Source: a virus. Taken from it: 64,000 nucleotides of DNA. Location: the IMG/VR virus record IMGVR_UViG_2842363717_000002, positions 14 to 64,013 of that record, one strand, 5' to 3'. Below are positions 16,085 through 25,665 of this stretch, piece after piece; within the stretch, counting starts at the first letter, position 1; every line of letters starts with the position of its first letter. The position numbers and the translations under genes are program-made. Below the pieces are notes generated by a model. That model was not told the DNA's origin. It saw only the letters and a program-made list of their open reading frames with translations, and made no database searches.

Positions 16085-18501
16085 TTGTTGTAGGCCCAGA
16101 GAGCGCCAGTGGTGTTCGCGATATTGTTCTTTGCGAGGAACACTCCGCCACCCGCAACAGAAGGCGCATTTGTAAGGTCTGTTCTGATGTAGGCGTTCAA
16201 TAGGCCCATCTTCGAAGTTGCATCAAGGGAGATATCGGCGCCGATCTGGCCGCCGTTCCATATGATGCCGACCGAGTTGGTAAGCCTGATCGTGCCGTGG
16301 CCAGAGCCGGCCTGGTCGCCCAGAGCAATGCAGCCGGTGAAGACCTCGCCAAGAGTAATGCCCGTGGCGTCGACCGCATAGTTTGAGTGGTTCATCTGGC
16401 AGTTGATGAATTCGCCGTGCGCGTTATTCGATCCAGCCCCGAGGCTGACGCAGACGGAGTTGTAATTCATCTTACCGTCTGAGAACATGACGTTGCCGCT
16501 CTCCACCATGACCGCGAAGGCGCAATTCGAGATTGAGAAATCGCTCACATGGTCGTATTCCGCGACGTTGGTATAGCGGATGCCGTGATAGCAACTCGTG
16601 GCACGAATGCCTTTGATGATGCCATCATGCTGCCAGCTTCCAGCCGACAACTCCGCATAGAGGCCAGAGCCATTGATGTTAGCGAACTCGATCTTGCCGT
16701 CGATCAAATACCGATCGCAGTTCGACAGCTTAATGCCCTTCTGGCCGGCGTCAGTAAGCGAGCCAGGATAGCCAGTGTACGTCGTGGCATTGCCAACGAA
16801 GCGAATATGCCCGCGGATCGACCAGTTCACGCAGTTGGTCATATCCAGGATCGGAGCGTTTGTCGTCGTCGAGATCGTCACCGGTCCGCTGGTCGTGATC
16901 TCGATGTTCGAAACGCCGGTCAGGCCGGTAGTGGTGTAGCTGCCTGCCTCGATGACTAGGCGCTTGCCAGCCGCTGCTGTAATAGCGTCCTGCAGCGTGT
17001 TGTACTGCGAAGAACGAACCTCGCCACCGGCAGACGATATGCCGCTTGATGGCCCGCCCTTGAAGACGTTGGAGCCGCGGTCGTCAAACCAGCCATGGAC
17101 CGCGATGTACATGTTTCCAGAGGCGCCGCCGCGATGGCGCACTTGGCCAGAAGTGTTCGTCCTGACGCGCAGGCTTCCGGCCGTGTACTGATTGGTGACC
17201 TGAATATGTCCGACGTTGCTGCCGGCGTTGCCTGCGCCAGGGGCGGCATCATTGATGATAGGCGACGTAATCTCGGCGCCAGCAGAGACCGTGGCCGATG
17301 TATATGACACCTCAAACAGCGCATCAACTTCAATGCCGGTCGGGATCGCGCTGAGCGCCAGCAGCGCGGCGCTAGTCGTAACCGCGATGGGGTTGCCGGT
17401 CTGTGGCAGCGGATCCAGCATCATGTGGCGGTCGCCACGCTGCACTACGCGGCGCCATGCGCCGGAGATACGGACGCGCGAACCGAGCCGGCGGTATTTG
17501 GTGTAGCCAGACGGGTAGTTTGCTGCGCCAGTCGGGTTTAGACTCTGCGACATGCCGATGGCGACGAGCGTGCCGTTAGTGCAGGCAAAGATATGCCATG
17601 TGCCGTCGGCGATGGCGCTGTCGAAGCGGCCGCCGTTGCCGGTGCCGTAGGCAACATCAAGCTGGCGCGTGACCGCGCTCCAGACCATCATTCCGGGCGC
17701 AGCGTCATCCGTCGCCGCAACGCCGGCGGCGATGTCGAGATCGTTCGTCAGATCGGTGGCGTTGTTGCTGATCTCGCCGCCGAAGAGATAGCCGCGGGCG
17801 AGCGTCGCCTCGAGCGCCGTCTCGGCGTAGGCTTGCGCCTGATCACGATACCCAAGCGCCTGATCTCTGTAACCAGACGCGGATGCAGCTGCCGCTTCAG
17901 CGGCTGCAACGATCGCAGCATTTACCTGATCGGTGATGAGGCGGAAAGTGGATCCGATGACCCGGCCAAAGACCTGCAGTCCGGCCGTCAGACCGCCTGC
18001 CGCAATATCGTTCCCGCTGTTGGTCTTGATCGTGAGCGGCGAACTGCCATTGAACGAGACCGTTGCCGGTGAAGCAGTGTTTGCCTCAAAGACCGTGAAG
18101 ACGATCAAGGCCGATTCAGAAGCCGGCATGTCACTTGTCGCAATGATGGCGTTAGGTGTACCGGCGCCGGCGTCAGTCGCAACGATGAAAGAAAACGGCA
18201 GATCAGCGACACGAGCCCATGATCCAACGCCGGAAGCGCCAATCTTCTGATAGATCCCGTTGTAGTTAATCGTAGCGTCCTGCATAACCCACGCCATGGT
18301 GTCGGCGGCGTGCAACAGGTCTGCGTAAAGCAATGCGCGTGTCAGTTTGACCGTGCCAGCGTTGCTCCCTACTGCAGTTAGAAACCCTTCAAGGTTGGTT
18401 CCCCAATTGCGAATGTCGGGCTTGTAGGGCTTATACGGCCCAGATGAGGGAACGCCGTCCACGACATAATCGCGCCAGACCTGCCTTGCGGTTAGGGCCA
18501 T
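16081..18501 (-). CDS. tail fibre/tailspike with C-terminal beta-helix (putative depolymerase)
   Basis: YNTLQDAITAAAGKRLVIEAGSY followed by Asn/Gly-rich beta-helix-like repeats; position after the tail tip. Confidence 0.75.
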   Translation of the reverse strand: MALTARQVWRDYVVDGVPSSGPYKPYKPDIRNWGTNLEGFLTAVGSNAGTVKLTRALLYADLLHAADTMAWVMQDATINYNGIYQKIGASGVGSWARVADLPFSFIVATDAGAGTPNAIIATSDMPASESALIVFTVFEANTASPATVSFNGSSPLTIKTNSGNDIAAGGLTAGLQVFGRVIGSTFRLITDQVNAAIVAAAEAAAASASGYRDQALGYRDQAQAYAETALEATLARGYLFGGEISNNATDLTNDLDIAAGVAATDDAAPGMMVWSAVTRQLDVAYGTGNGGRFDSAIADGTWHIFACTNGTLVAIGMSQSLNPTGAANYPSGYTKYRRLGSRVRISGAWRRVVQRGDRHMMLDPLPQTGNPIAVTTSAALLALSAIPTGIEVDALFEVSYTSATVSAGAEITSPIINDAAPGAGNAGSNVGHIQVTNQYTAGSLRVRTNTSGQVRHRGGASGNMYIAVHGWFDDRGSNVFKGGPSSGISSAGGEVRSSQYNTLQDAITAAAGKRLVIEAGSYTTTGLTGVSNIEITTSGPVTISTTTNAPILDMTNCVNWSIRGHIRFVGNATTYTGYPGSLTDAGQKGIKLSNCDRYLIDGKIEFANINGSGLYAELSAGSWQHDGIIKGIRATSCYHGIRYTNVAEYDHVSDFSISNCAFAVMVESGNVMFSDGKMNYNSVCVSLGAGSNNAHGEFINCQMNHSNYAVDATGITLGEVFTGCIALGDQAGSGHGTIRLTNSVGIIWNGGQIGADISLDATSKMGLLNAYIRTDLTNAPSVAGGGVFLAKNNIANTTGALWAYNN

Positions 18502-18526
18502 TCGAATTCTCCAATATTTTCAAAGG

Positions 18527-20572
18527 TCATGTAACGACAAACGAACCCGTCGCGACGGCAGATGCGGCCACGCCTGAGCCGTTGATCGCAACGACGAAGC
18601 CATACTTCGTGCCAGCGGTCAGACCGGTGACTACGCGGCTATCGGCGGAGCTCGGCGAGCCGTACTCCGTGGCGACCAGCGTTGCGCCGGAAAAGGTGTT
18701 GGTGGTGTTGGTGTAAAGCCGCGCGCCAACGTAGTTGGCGCTGTTAGGCGCCGTCCAGTTGAATGTGCCTTGGCCGACACCGCCTGTGACAGAGGCGCCA
18801 GTCACAACACCGGGCGGCGTAGTGTCAGCAGTGGCGGTGAAGGTTTGGTAGGCGGTCCAATCCGAGCTTGATCCGCCACCCCATGCGCGAAGCCGAAACT
18901 TGTATTGGGTGCCATCTGCCAGGTAGCTTGACCGCACTTGGTCATTTGGCGCCGTCGAGACCACAGACTGCGGCCCGGTGGATCCTGACGTCTTTTCCCA
19001 CTCGAACTCGTAAGTCAGCGAATCCGAGATATGGTTCCAGCTTGCGAGAGCGTAGGCCGCAGTGGAGCCGCCCGAGACGACTTCCTGTTGGATGACAACA
19101 CTGAAACCTGTTGGGATCGGCGCACCGGCATGCGGGATGATCACGATCGACGATCCCGGCGCACCTTCTTCCGTCGCGGCGTTGAAGTCGTACAGATCAG
19201 CTGAAACGACTATGCCGCTGAAGGTCACCGTCATGTCTCGCAGAGAAATCGTCACCTTCGACGTGATCTCGACGATAGCATCGGACAGCTTCGGGCTATA
19301 CTGAATGCGGACAAACCGGTCATATGAGGGGTCGTTGTCCAGGTCGTAGTGAGCAGTGATCGAGACCCGCGGCGCGTTGCGACGGATATATGCAAGCTTC
19401 TGCATCCGCTGCATGTGGTTGTGCGACTGCACGGCCACATTATCTACGGTTGACGTCCGCTCTGTGTCCTCGCCGACATAAGGATTGCCATAGATTGCTG
19501 CGTCGTTGGTGTTGTAGAGGTCTGACGGATCGGTGAACCGGCCGCGGACGGCTAGTACGCTCGTCGACGGATCGACGTTCGCATTGAGGCCAAAGGAAAT
19601 GATGTTGCTGCGGTCGAAAAGCTTCGTCGGCGCAACATATTCACCGGCGTGCACTCCGATCTTGCCGTCGGCGCGCTCGTAGAGAACCAATTCCGCAGCC
19701 TGGTCAAGCGTGCGGCCAACCTCGACAGGATCACTGTTGGCCCGGAACCACATGCCGCCGTAATACCGGCGCTCCGTTCCACCACTCCTGTTCGTGACGA
19801 GCTGATCACCTACGTTGGCCGCGTTGACCCAGTCAGGCAGATACATGTCGGCCAGCGACAGCTTGCCGCCGTAGGGGCTAGTCATGTGCCAGAGGCGCAT
19901 TAGCGCGATATTTCGAGAATATGCGGTGGTCTCAGTGCGCGGGTCGTAAAGCAGCATCCCATCGATAACAGCGGAATGTTCCGGCATCTGGTTGGGATAG
20001 ACATCGAGGTATTTTTTGCTCTCCGCCGTGCCGCAATACATGCGCATCGACGCCAACCCGTCGCCACGATGATTCGTCGTCCAGATCGAAGGGAATTCAG
20101 AGATCACATCAGAATATGCGGTCTCGTGATTGAGGCCGAGGCGCGTGTCGATCCTGACATAAGGGCGGCTATCATCATTGAAATGAGCGGGCGATATCAC
20201 GACGCCAGAGCTATCGAGGTCGATCGCCTCGTCGTGCAGGTAATGCTGGACGAAGCCTTGAATGCGATGCCCCGCCGTCACGATTATGTGGTAGGCAGTT
20301 CCGCCAGACTCCTCGAGGAACACGTAGTCGCCGGCCTTCTTCACGCGGCCAAGTACAATCGGCAGTGACGGAACCGACTGCTTTAGATTGTACGTTCCGT
20401 CTTCCGGCTTGGGCACGGACGGCTTTGGCGTTAGGGCCTTGGACACGAACCCAAGCCCGGCTGCGATACCGCCGTAGAGGAGCGCCGCGGTGCCAAGATA
20501 CAGCGCGTTTGCCGCAGCAACCGTCGTTGCCGCTGACGATACGATCAGCGGGATGAGCTCAAGACCAGTCAT
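18527..20572 (-). CDS. central tail tip/host-specificity protein with Fn3-like domains
   Basis: LPIVLGRVK, FSDPS-like FTDPS, C-terminal Fn3-like repeats; synteny. Confidence 0.75.
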   Translation of the reverse strand: MTGLELIPLIVSSAATTVAAANALYLGTAALLYGGIAAGLGFVSKALTPKPSVPKPEDGTYNLKQSVPSLPIVLGRVKKAGDYVFLEESGGTAYHIIVTAGHRIQGFVQHYLHDEAIDLDSSGVVISPAHFNDDSRPYVRIDTRLGLNHETAYSDVISEFPSIWTTNHRGDGLASMRMYCGTAESKKYLDVYPNQMPEHSAVIDGMLLYDPRTETTAYSRNIALMRLWHMTSPYGGKLSLADMYLPDWVNAANVGDQLVTNRSGGTERRYYGGMWFRANSDPVEVGRTLDQAAELVLYERADGKIGVHAGEYVAPTKLFDRSNIISFGLNANVDPSTSVLAVRGRFTDPSDLYNTNDAAIYGNPYVGEDTERTSTVDNVAVQSHNHMQRMQKLAYIRRNAPRVSITAHYDLDNDPSYDRFVRIQYSPKLSDAIVEITSKVTISLRDMTVTFSGIVVSADLYDFNAATEEGAPGSSIVIIPHAGAPIPTGFSVVIQQEVVSGGSTAAYALASWNHISDSLTYEFEWEKTSGSTGPQSVVSTAPNDQVRSSYLADGTQYKFRLRAWGGGSSSDWTAYQTFTATADTTPPGVVTGASVTGGVGQGTFNWTAPNSANYVGARLYTNTTNTFSGATLVATEYGSPSSADSRVVTGLTAGTKYGFVVAINGSGVAASAVATGSFVVT

Positions 20573-20580
20573 GAAAATTC

Positions 20581-20979
20581 CTAAATGGACCAGATCGCCA
20601 GATGCCGGGCCGCCATGTTCCCGATGCGATTGGTGAAGCGCACGAGCCATCGGCGGCCGTCGAAGATGGCGCCGAACTGCCGTTCCGGATTATGGGGAGA
20701 ACCTATGACGCCGACCGCGCCGCAAACGGGCACCGCAAGCCGACGGACGTTGATGCGCAATGCTGCAGCTTCCATCAGCGGCACGCAGCCACCGGCCGCA
20801 CGGACGATGGCGAGATATTCCGCTTCGCTGCTGAAGCGGCCGCGCCAATCCTCGACGGGATCGCGGTGGCCAAGCCAGATCGCCCAGGCGGCCGGAAACA
20901 GCATGCAGTTCAGCGTTGCCGCATCCCATTCCTTCCGCTCTTGGGCGGCAAGAAAAGCGGCCAGCGTCTGCTCTATCAT
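20581..20979 (-). CDS. NlpC/P60-like tail assembly protein
   Basis: WDAATLNCMLFPAAW; synteny with lambda K-like genes. Confidence 0.65.
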   Translation of the reverse strand: MIEQTLAAFLAAQERKEWDAATLNCMLFPAAWAIWLGHRDPVEDWRGRFSSEAEYLAIVRAAGGCVPLMEAAALRINVRRLAVPVCGAVGVIGSPHNPERQFGAIFDGRRWLVRFTNRIGNMAARHLAIWSI

Positions 20980-20986
20980 CGGCGCG

Positions 20987-21565
20987 CTACCAGTTCGGCC
21001 ATCTAATCGTGCGATCCTTGAGACCGGGGATGCGCTCGCAAAAGCGATCGTCTGCCGCGGTCGGATTCAGGATCTTCCCGCGCGCGCGCTGGTCGACGTC
21101 CGACAGAACGGCGCCATTGGTTACAGAGCGAAGCGTGAAGCGGTTGGCGATATCCACCTGAATCGTGGAGTTGATGCCGGTGTCGCTGGCGCTATCCACG
21201 AAGTTGAGGTTGGAGATCGTGCCAGTGAATTTTATGATGGGCGCGCCGGTTGGCTGGTCGTAGTCATCGCACCGCTGCAACAGTATCCGGAATGTCGAGC
21301 CGACAATGGTGCCGGCCTGATAGTCGGCCCAGATCGAATTGCTTTCCGTCTCACGGATGCCAGAAAGCACCAGCGACAACGTGAACGCCTCGGCGTTGAT
21401 TGCCGCCTCGATCTGCGCCAGCGCATCCTCGGTGAGCACGCAGGCGCGATAGACTTCCCCGTCGGAGCCAATGAGCGGGCCGCCGGAGCCATCCCAAAAA
21501 CGAAGAGTGCCAGATGGTAGTTCCACCTGGCACAAAACCCTAAGACTGGCCAAAGCGGCCTCCAA
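20987..21565 (-). CDS. minor tail protein (hub-like)
   Basis: LRFWDGSG motif; synteny. Confidence 0.65.
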   Translation of the reverse strand: MEAALASLRVLCQVELPSGTLRFWDGSGGPLIGSDGEVYRACVLTEDALAQIEAAINAEAFTLSLVLSGIRETESNSIWADYQAGTIVGSTFRILLQRCDDYDQPTGAPIIKFTGTISNLNFVDSASDTGINSTIQVDIANRFTLRSVTNGAVLSDVDQRARGKILNPTAADDRFCERIPGLKDRTIRWPNW

Positions 21566-21584
21566 TCAATATTGCCGACCGCGG

Positions 21585-22295
21585 CTAAGCCAGAGAATTC
21601 CAGTAGTCAGTCGCCTCGACGAAGCTGACGTTTGGCTTTGTTCCCTTGGTGATGGCGTCCTGCGAGATATCCATGCCGCGGTCGTCAGCGAGATGGCACA
21701 AGCACGTCGGTCGATCGAAGTTCAGATCGGAGCCATCCGGAATGAGTTCGCGCACGCTTGGCGAAATCGGAACCGTCCAAGTGTCGCCGTCGATTTCGAT
21801 GGCTGGGCCGGTTTCATAGAGCGCGTGATTGAAGCTGAAGCGAACGCCGACGAGATCCGCCTCGGCATTGATGATGCGCAGCTTGATCGATGTTGCGGCA
21901 AGCGGCGTCACGCCGACCGTCACAACCGAAATTGCGCCCTGCAGGTATTCGGTGTCATCATCAAACGGCGTGTCATCGCTATGCGGCATTTCGGATGCCG
22001 GCTCAAAGTGGCCGGATGCATACGGCGCCGAAAGAGATGACGGAACGCGCACCGCAATCAGGCCCGATCTGCCGCCGAGTTTTTGGCGCATTGCCTGCCA
22101 GATCTTCCACTGGTTGCGGTATCGGTTTTGAACGACCACGCCAGCGTAATCGATGGCCCAATAGCCCAAATCCGTCCGGACGACAGGCTCGACGCCGCCA
22201 AGCGACCGGCCGCCGGACCTTGTGAAAGGCACAAGACCCGGCGAAACCTGCGACGGCGTGAGGGCGCAGAACGGCCATTCGATGATGTCGACCAT
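21585..22295 (-). CDS. distal tail protein
   Basis: Immediately downstream of the tape measure gene. Confidence 0.6.
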   Translation of the reverse strand: MVDIIEWPFCALTPSQVSPGLVPFTRSGGRSLGGVEPVVRTDLGYWAIDYAGVVVQNRYRNQWKIWQAMRQKLGGRSGLIAVRVPSSLSAPYASGHFEPASEMPHSDDTPFDDDTEYLQGAISVVTVGVTPLAATSIKLRIINAEADLVGVRFSFNHALYETGPAIEIDGDTWTVPISPSVRELIPDGSDLNFDRPTCLCHLADDRGMDISQDAITKGTKPNVSFVEATDYWNSLA

Positions 22296-22300
22296 ATGCC

Positions 22301-24883
22301 CTACCCGTTCCTATAATCGCCGCCGGCGCTGTCGTTTTGGTATTTCGCCATAGTTGGAACTACTTGCCGATTCGCAGCACTGACTATACGCGGGCTGGCC
22401 GCGGCCACAGTGTCATTGCTGACCGACTTCACGTAGGCCCGCAGGCCGCCAGTGTCATCGACCGACACACCGACTTGGATGTCGGTCTTGCCGCCACCGC
22501 CCATCTTCGTGCCGCGAGGTAAAACTACCTCGCCGCGCTGGAGAATGGCCGGAACCTCGCCGGGCACCAGGCCCGCAACGCCGCCTTTGTGGTAGCGCTT
22601 GGCACCCGCAAAAGCCTTTGGCGATACCGAACGCCCATGGCCGTAGCCATCGGCACCAGCCACACCGCCGCTATGCAGGATGCCGGGAATAATCATCCCG
22701 CCGAGAAGGCCGCCTTTGCCGCCACCGCCCAATAGTCCGCCGAGGCCACCACCGCTAAACACGGCATTGAGGCCAACGTCGATCAGCTTGTCGACGACCT
22801 TATTCAAGGCGTTAGCCAAAGCTTCGGCCGCGGACTTGCCGCTTCGTAGGTCGGAGATAAACCCGCCGACAGCATCGCGACCAAGATCACGGAACTCTTC
22901 GGCAGATTTCTTGATCCGCTCTTGCGATGCCTTCAATTGGTCGCCGGCAGACGATGCCTTCGCGTAGTTGGTCGACAACGCGTCAATGCTTGCGGCCAGT
23001 TCCGGAGTTACCGAAACGCCAGCCTTTTGGGCCTCAGACAGCAATTCCTGCTGGATCCTAGCCTTCTCGACGGCAAATCCGTAATCATTGACAAGTGGGT
23101 TTAGCTTGGCTTGCGCTGCATACTGAGCGTTCAGCATGTCGATGCGCTTCTGAACCTCGGCGACGTCGCCCTGGAACAGTTGATCCGGCGACTTCTTGTT
23201 GCCAAGGCCGGCGTCGTTCATCGAGATGCCGGTACCAGAAAGGTAGGTTTGCGCCTCTTCCTTGCGTCTGCCAGGGTTCGACGTCAGCGCGGCTATAGCC
23301 TTCGCCACCTTCTCCGGCCCGCCGCCTTCTTTGATCGCATTCACGATCGCATCAGGCAGAGATCCGTAGTTGTAGGCGATAGACGTCAGCGCTGCTTGCT
23401 GGCCTTCGGAAAGGCTCTTCCACGTCTCAATGCCAATCGCATTCTGAATTCCGTTCTGGAATTCGATGATGCGCCTCGACAGGTCGCGCTGCGCATCATC
23501 GAGCGTGACGATGGTATCCTTGGTGACTTCTTCAATCTGACCGTTGGCACGAGTAGCTGTGTCAGATCCGAAGCCGACGCGAAAATGGTTCGTGTCCCAC
23601 TTGGCATTCGTGATGAAGCCTTCAAAGCCGCGGATGAGTTTTGCAGCGGCGGACTTGCCAACCTCATCGAGATTGGCGTCGTTGAAATCCTGGGCGTTGG
23701 CCTCTTCGCGATTGAGGAACTTGCCGCCGCCGGAATACAGCGGCGAAAGCGTGCCGAGGGGCGACTTGTTGATCTGCGTCTGCAGGTCATTCAGGTTTTT
23801 GGCGTACTGGCCAACCTGCGTCAGCGCCTGGCCCATAGCTGGGATTAGCTCTGTCTTGATTTTGCTGGCGATGTCGCTAATCGCGCCGCCGCCATTTAAC
23901 CCGAGGCCTATCGCCGAAGAAGTCAGTGCCGCAAATGCGTCCTTGGCCTGCTCGCCAGTGAGGTAAAGCGTGTTTAGCCGCTTCTGCGTACCCTCAAGCG
24001 CTTCTTGCAATGGGATGGATTCGTTCGCCGACAGCCTGAGTTGCTTGGCCAACTCCCTGATATTCTCGGGGATGCCCTTCATGCCCTCGATCTTCTCCAT
24101 CTCAAGCGAGAATTCGCGAAAATCAGGAACTTCCTTATTCAGGGAGCCAAGGGCGTGCTGGAAATCGATAACGGTCTGTGTGGCACCGCCAAACTCGCTG
24201 ACCGGCACACTCAGAACATCAGATTTGAGGCTCGATCCGGCGGCCTCGATTGCCTTTTGCAGACTGCCGAATTCGTCGCGCAGCTTCTGCAATTCGATCT
24301 TCTTGACCGAATCCGAATATCCTTCGACGCCTTTTTTGGCGATGCCCCATGCGTCATCGAACGATTTGATCAGCTCGGCGTGGGCCTTCAGCAGTTTTTC
24401 GGCGTCCGGAACGTCAGACTTCAACGTCGTGAGGTATTGAACCGCAGCTCCGGCCAGGCCGATCAAGGCGTATGACGCAAGAGAAACTGGATTCACGACC
24501 TGCGCGAAGGCCGCGCCCAGCGTTTTTACCGCGCCGACAATGCCGCCGCCAGTCCCGTTAAAGACCTGCGCGACCTGGCTGCCCTGCTGCACCATGATGG
24601 TGAACGGCGACGTGCCGCTTGCCAGGCCCATTGCTATGTCGTTCAACTGGAACGACAGGTTCGCTACCGCAGCGCGCTGAGCGCCTAGCGAAGCTTCGAC
24701 CTTGCGGCCGGAATTCACAAAGCTGTTAGCAGCGTTGTCATTGGCGCGCTTGAACTTGTTTTCGATCCCGCCGGCTGTGTCGCCGGCAGCCTTTGCAATG
24801 CCGGCGAGTTGCTTTTCGAATTTCTTGGTCGTAGCCTCGATGGAGACTAGAAGGCGGGCGGTATCGTCTGCCGTCGCGGCCAT
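22301..24883 (-). CDS. tape measure protein with internal lysozyme-like domain
   Basis: NLSFQLNDIA..LASGTSPFTIMVQQGSQV (lambda H-like N-terminus); FEGF..WD..HFRVGFG...AALTSIAYNYG. Confidence 0.88.
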   Translation of the reverse strand: MAATADDTARLLVSIEATTKKFEKQLAGIAKAAGDTAGGIENKFKRANDNAANSFVNSGRKVEASLGAQRAAVANLSFQLNDIAMGLASGTSPFTIMVQQGSQVAQVFNGTGGGIVGAVKTLGAAFAQVVNPVSLASYALIGLAGAAVQYLTTLKSDVPDAEKLLKAHAELIKSFDDAWGIAKKGVEGYSDSVKKIELQKLRDEFGSLQKAIEAAGSSLKSDVLSVPVSEFGGATQTVIDFQHALGSLNKEVPDFREFSLEMEKIEGMKGIPENIRELAKQLRLSANESIPLQEALEGTQKRLNTLYLTGEQAKDAFAALTSSAIGLGLNGGGAISDIASKIKTELIPAMGQALTQVGQYAKNLNDLQTQINKSPLGTLSPLYSGGGKFLNREEANAQDFNDANLDEVGKSAAAKLIRGFEGFITNAKWDTNHFRVGFGSDTATRANGQIEEVTKDTIVTLDDAQRDLSRRIIEFQNGIQNAIGIETWKSLSEGQQAALTSIAYNYGSLPDAIVNAIKEGGGPEKVAKAIAALTSNPGRRKEEAQTYLSGTGISMNDAGLGNKKSPDQLFQGDVAEVQKRIDMLNAQYAAQAKLNPLVNDYGFAVEKARIQQELLSEAQKAGVSVTPELAASIDALSTNYAKASSAGDQLKASQERIKKSAEEFRDLGRDAVGGFISDLRSGKSAAEALANALNKVVDKLIDVGLNAVFSGGGLGGLLGGGGKGGLLGGMIIPGILHSGGVAGADGYGHGRSVSPKAFAGAKRYHKGGVAGLVPGEVPAILQRGEVVLPRGTKMGGGGKTDIQVGVSVDDTGGLRAYVKSVSNDTVAAASPRIVSAANRQVVPTMAKYQNDSAGGDYRNG

Positions 24884-24929
24884 AAACAGCCCCAATCTTA
24901 AATTAGCACTTCAACGAAAAGGGGAAGCG

Positions 24930-25109
24930 ATGGATGGATGGCTGAAAGCTCTGATTGCGGCGACATGCGCCCTAATCATTGCCGTCGGCGGCTACTTGGC
25001 GAGCATTGAATACAATTCAAAATACTCGACAAAGGCCACCAATGACGACCTCATCAAACGCAACGAGCAGACCATAAGGAGCTTTGACGCCGCCACTGGC
25101 CAGCGTTAG
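24930..25109 (+). CDS. single-TM moron protein (superinfection-exclusion candidate)
   Basis: GGGGAAG RBS; MDGWLKALIAATCALIIAVGGYL; antisense inside the tail operon. Confidence 0.6.
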   Translation: MDGWLKALIAATCALIIAVGGYLASIEYNSKYSTKATNDDLIKRNEQTIRSFDAATGQR

Positions 25110-25351
25110 AACCCCACAATTCCGAGATCTGCCAATTCATCATCGCCCATTGGTGGAGCTGGCGGCTCCTCGCTGGCGTGAGCTTTTCTGTAGCCCTCTG
25201 AGCAGCAGGCAAATTCCCAGAGTGTGCATTCATCTATATCGCGAGGCGAGTATCCGATGACCGCGCCAGCGGCGAGATAGCTTGACCAGCGTGTCTTGCC
25301 ATTCGGGAGCGGGTCTAGCTTTCCTTCGCCATCCCCGCCTGGGGCTCCCCC
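25106..25351 (-). CDS. tail assembly chaperone T segment (frameshift extension)
   Basis: -1 frame relative to G with no own RBS; GYSPRDIDECTLWEF. Confidence 0.6.
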   Translation of the reverse strand, partial: GGAPGGDGEGKLDPLPNGKTRWSSYLAAGAVIGYSPRDIDECTLWEFACCSEGYRKAHASEEPPAPPMGDDELADLGIVGF

Positions 25352-25665
25352 GGCTGATCGTCGGTCTCCCACATGATGAACTTGGTCAATATCGAAGCCG
25401 CAGGCACGGAAAGGCTATATGGACTAGAAACATCCATTGCGGCCTCAATTGCCTTTTGCGCATCGCGCTCAGCCATGCCGCCGCCCATCAGGCCAATGCG
25501 AAGCGTAGAGACGACGTCATCAATCTTCCATTGCTGCCCAAGCAGGCGCATTAAGATGACGGCAACGCCAGCGTCGCAGCGCTGTTCCAATGCCCTCAGC
25601 TCCCCGATCCCCAGCCTGAACGGATGCTCTCCGCCAGGCCATATAATGTACTCACTGCCCCTCAT
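25315..25665 (-). CDS. tail assembly chaperone G
   Basis: FRLGIGELRALEQRCDAG...IGLMGGGM; between tail tube and TMP. Confidence 0.75.
   Translation of the reverse strand: MRGSEYIIWPGGEHPFRLGIGELRALEQRCDAGVAVILMRLLGQQWKIDDVVSTLRIGLMGGGMAERDAQKAIEAAMDVSSPYSLSVPAASILTKFIMWETDDQPGEPQAGMAKES

Noticed and set aside
16081-18501. Diversity-generating retroelement targeting the tail fibre
   Set aside because: No reverse transcriptase and no TR/VR repeat pair seen.
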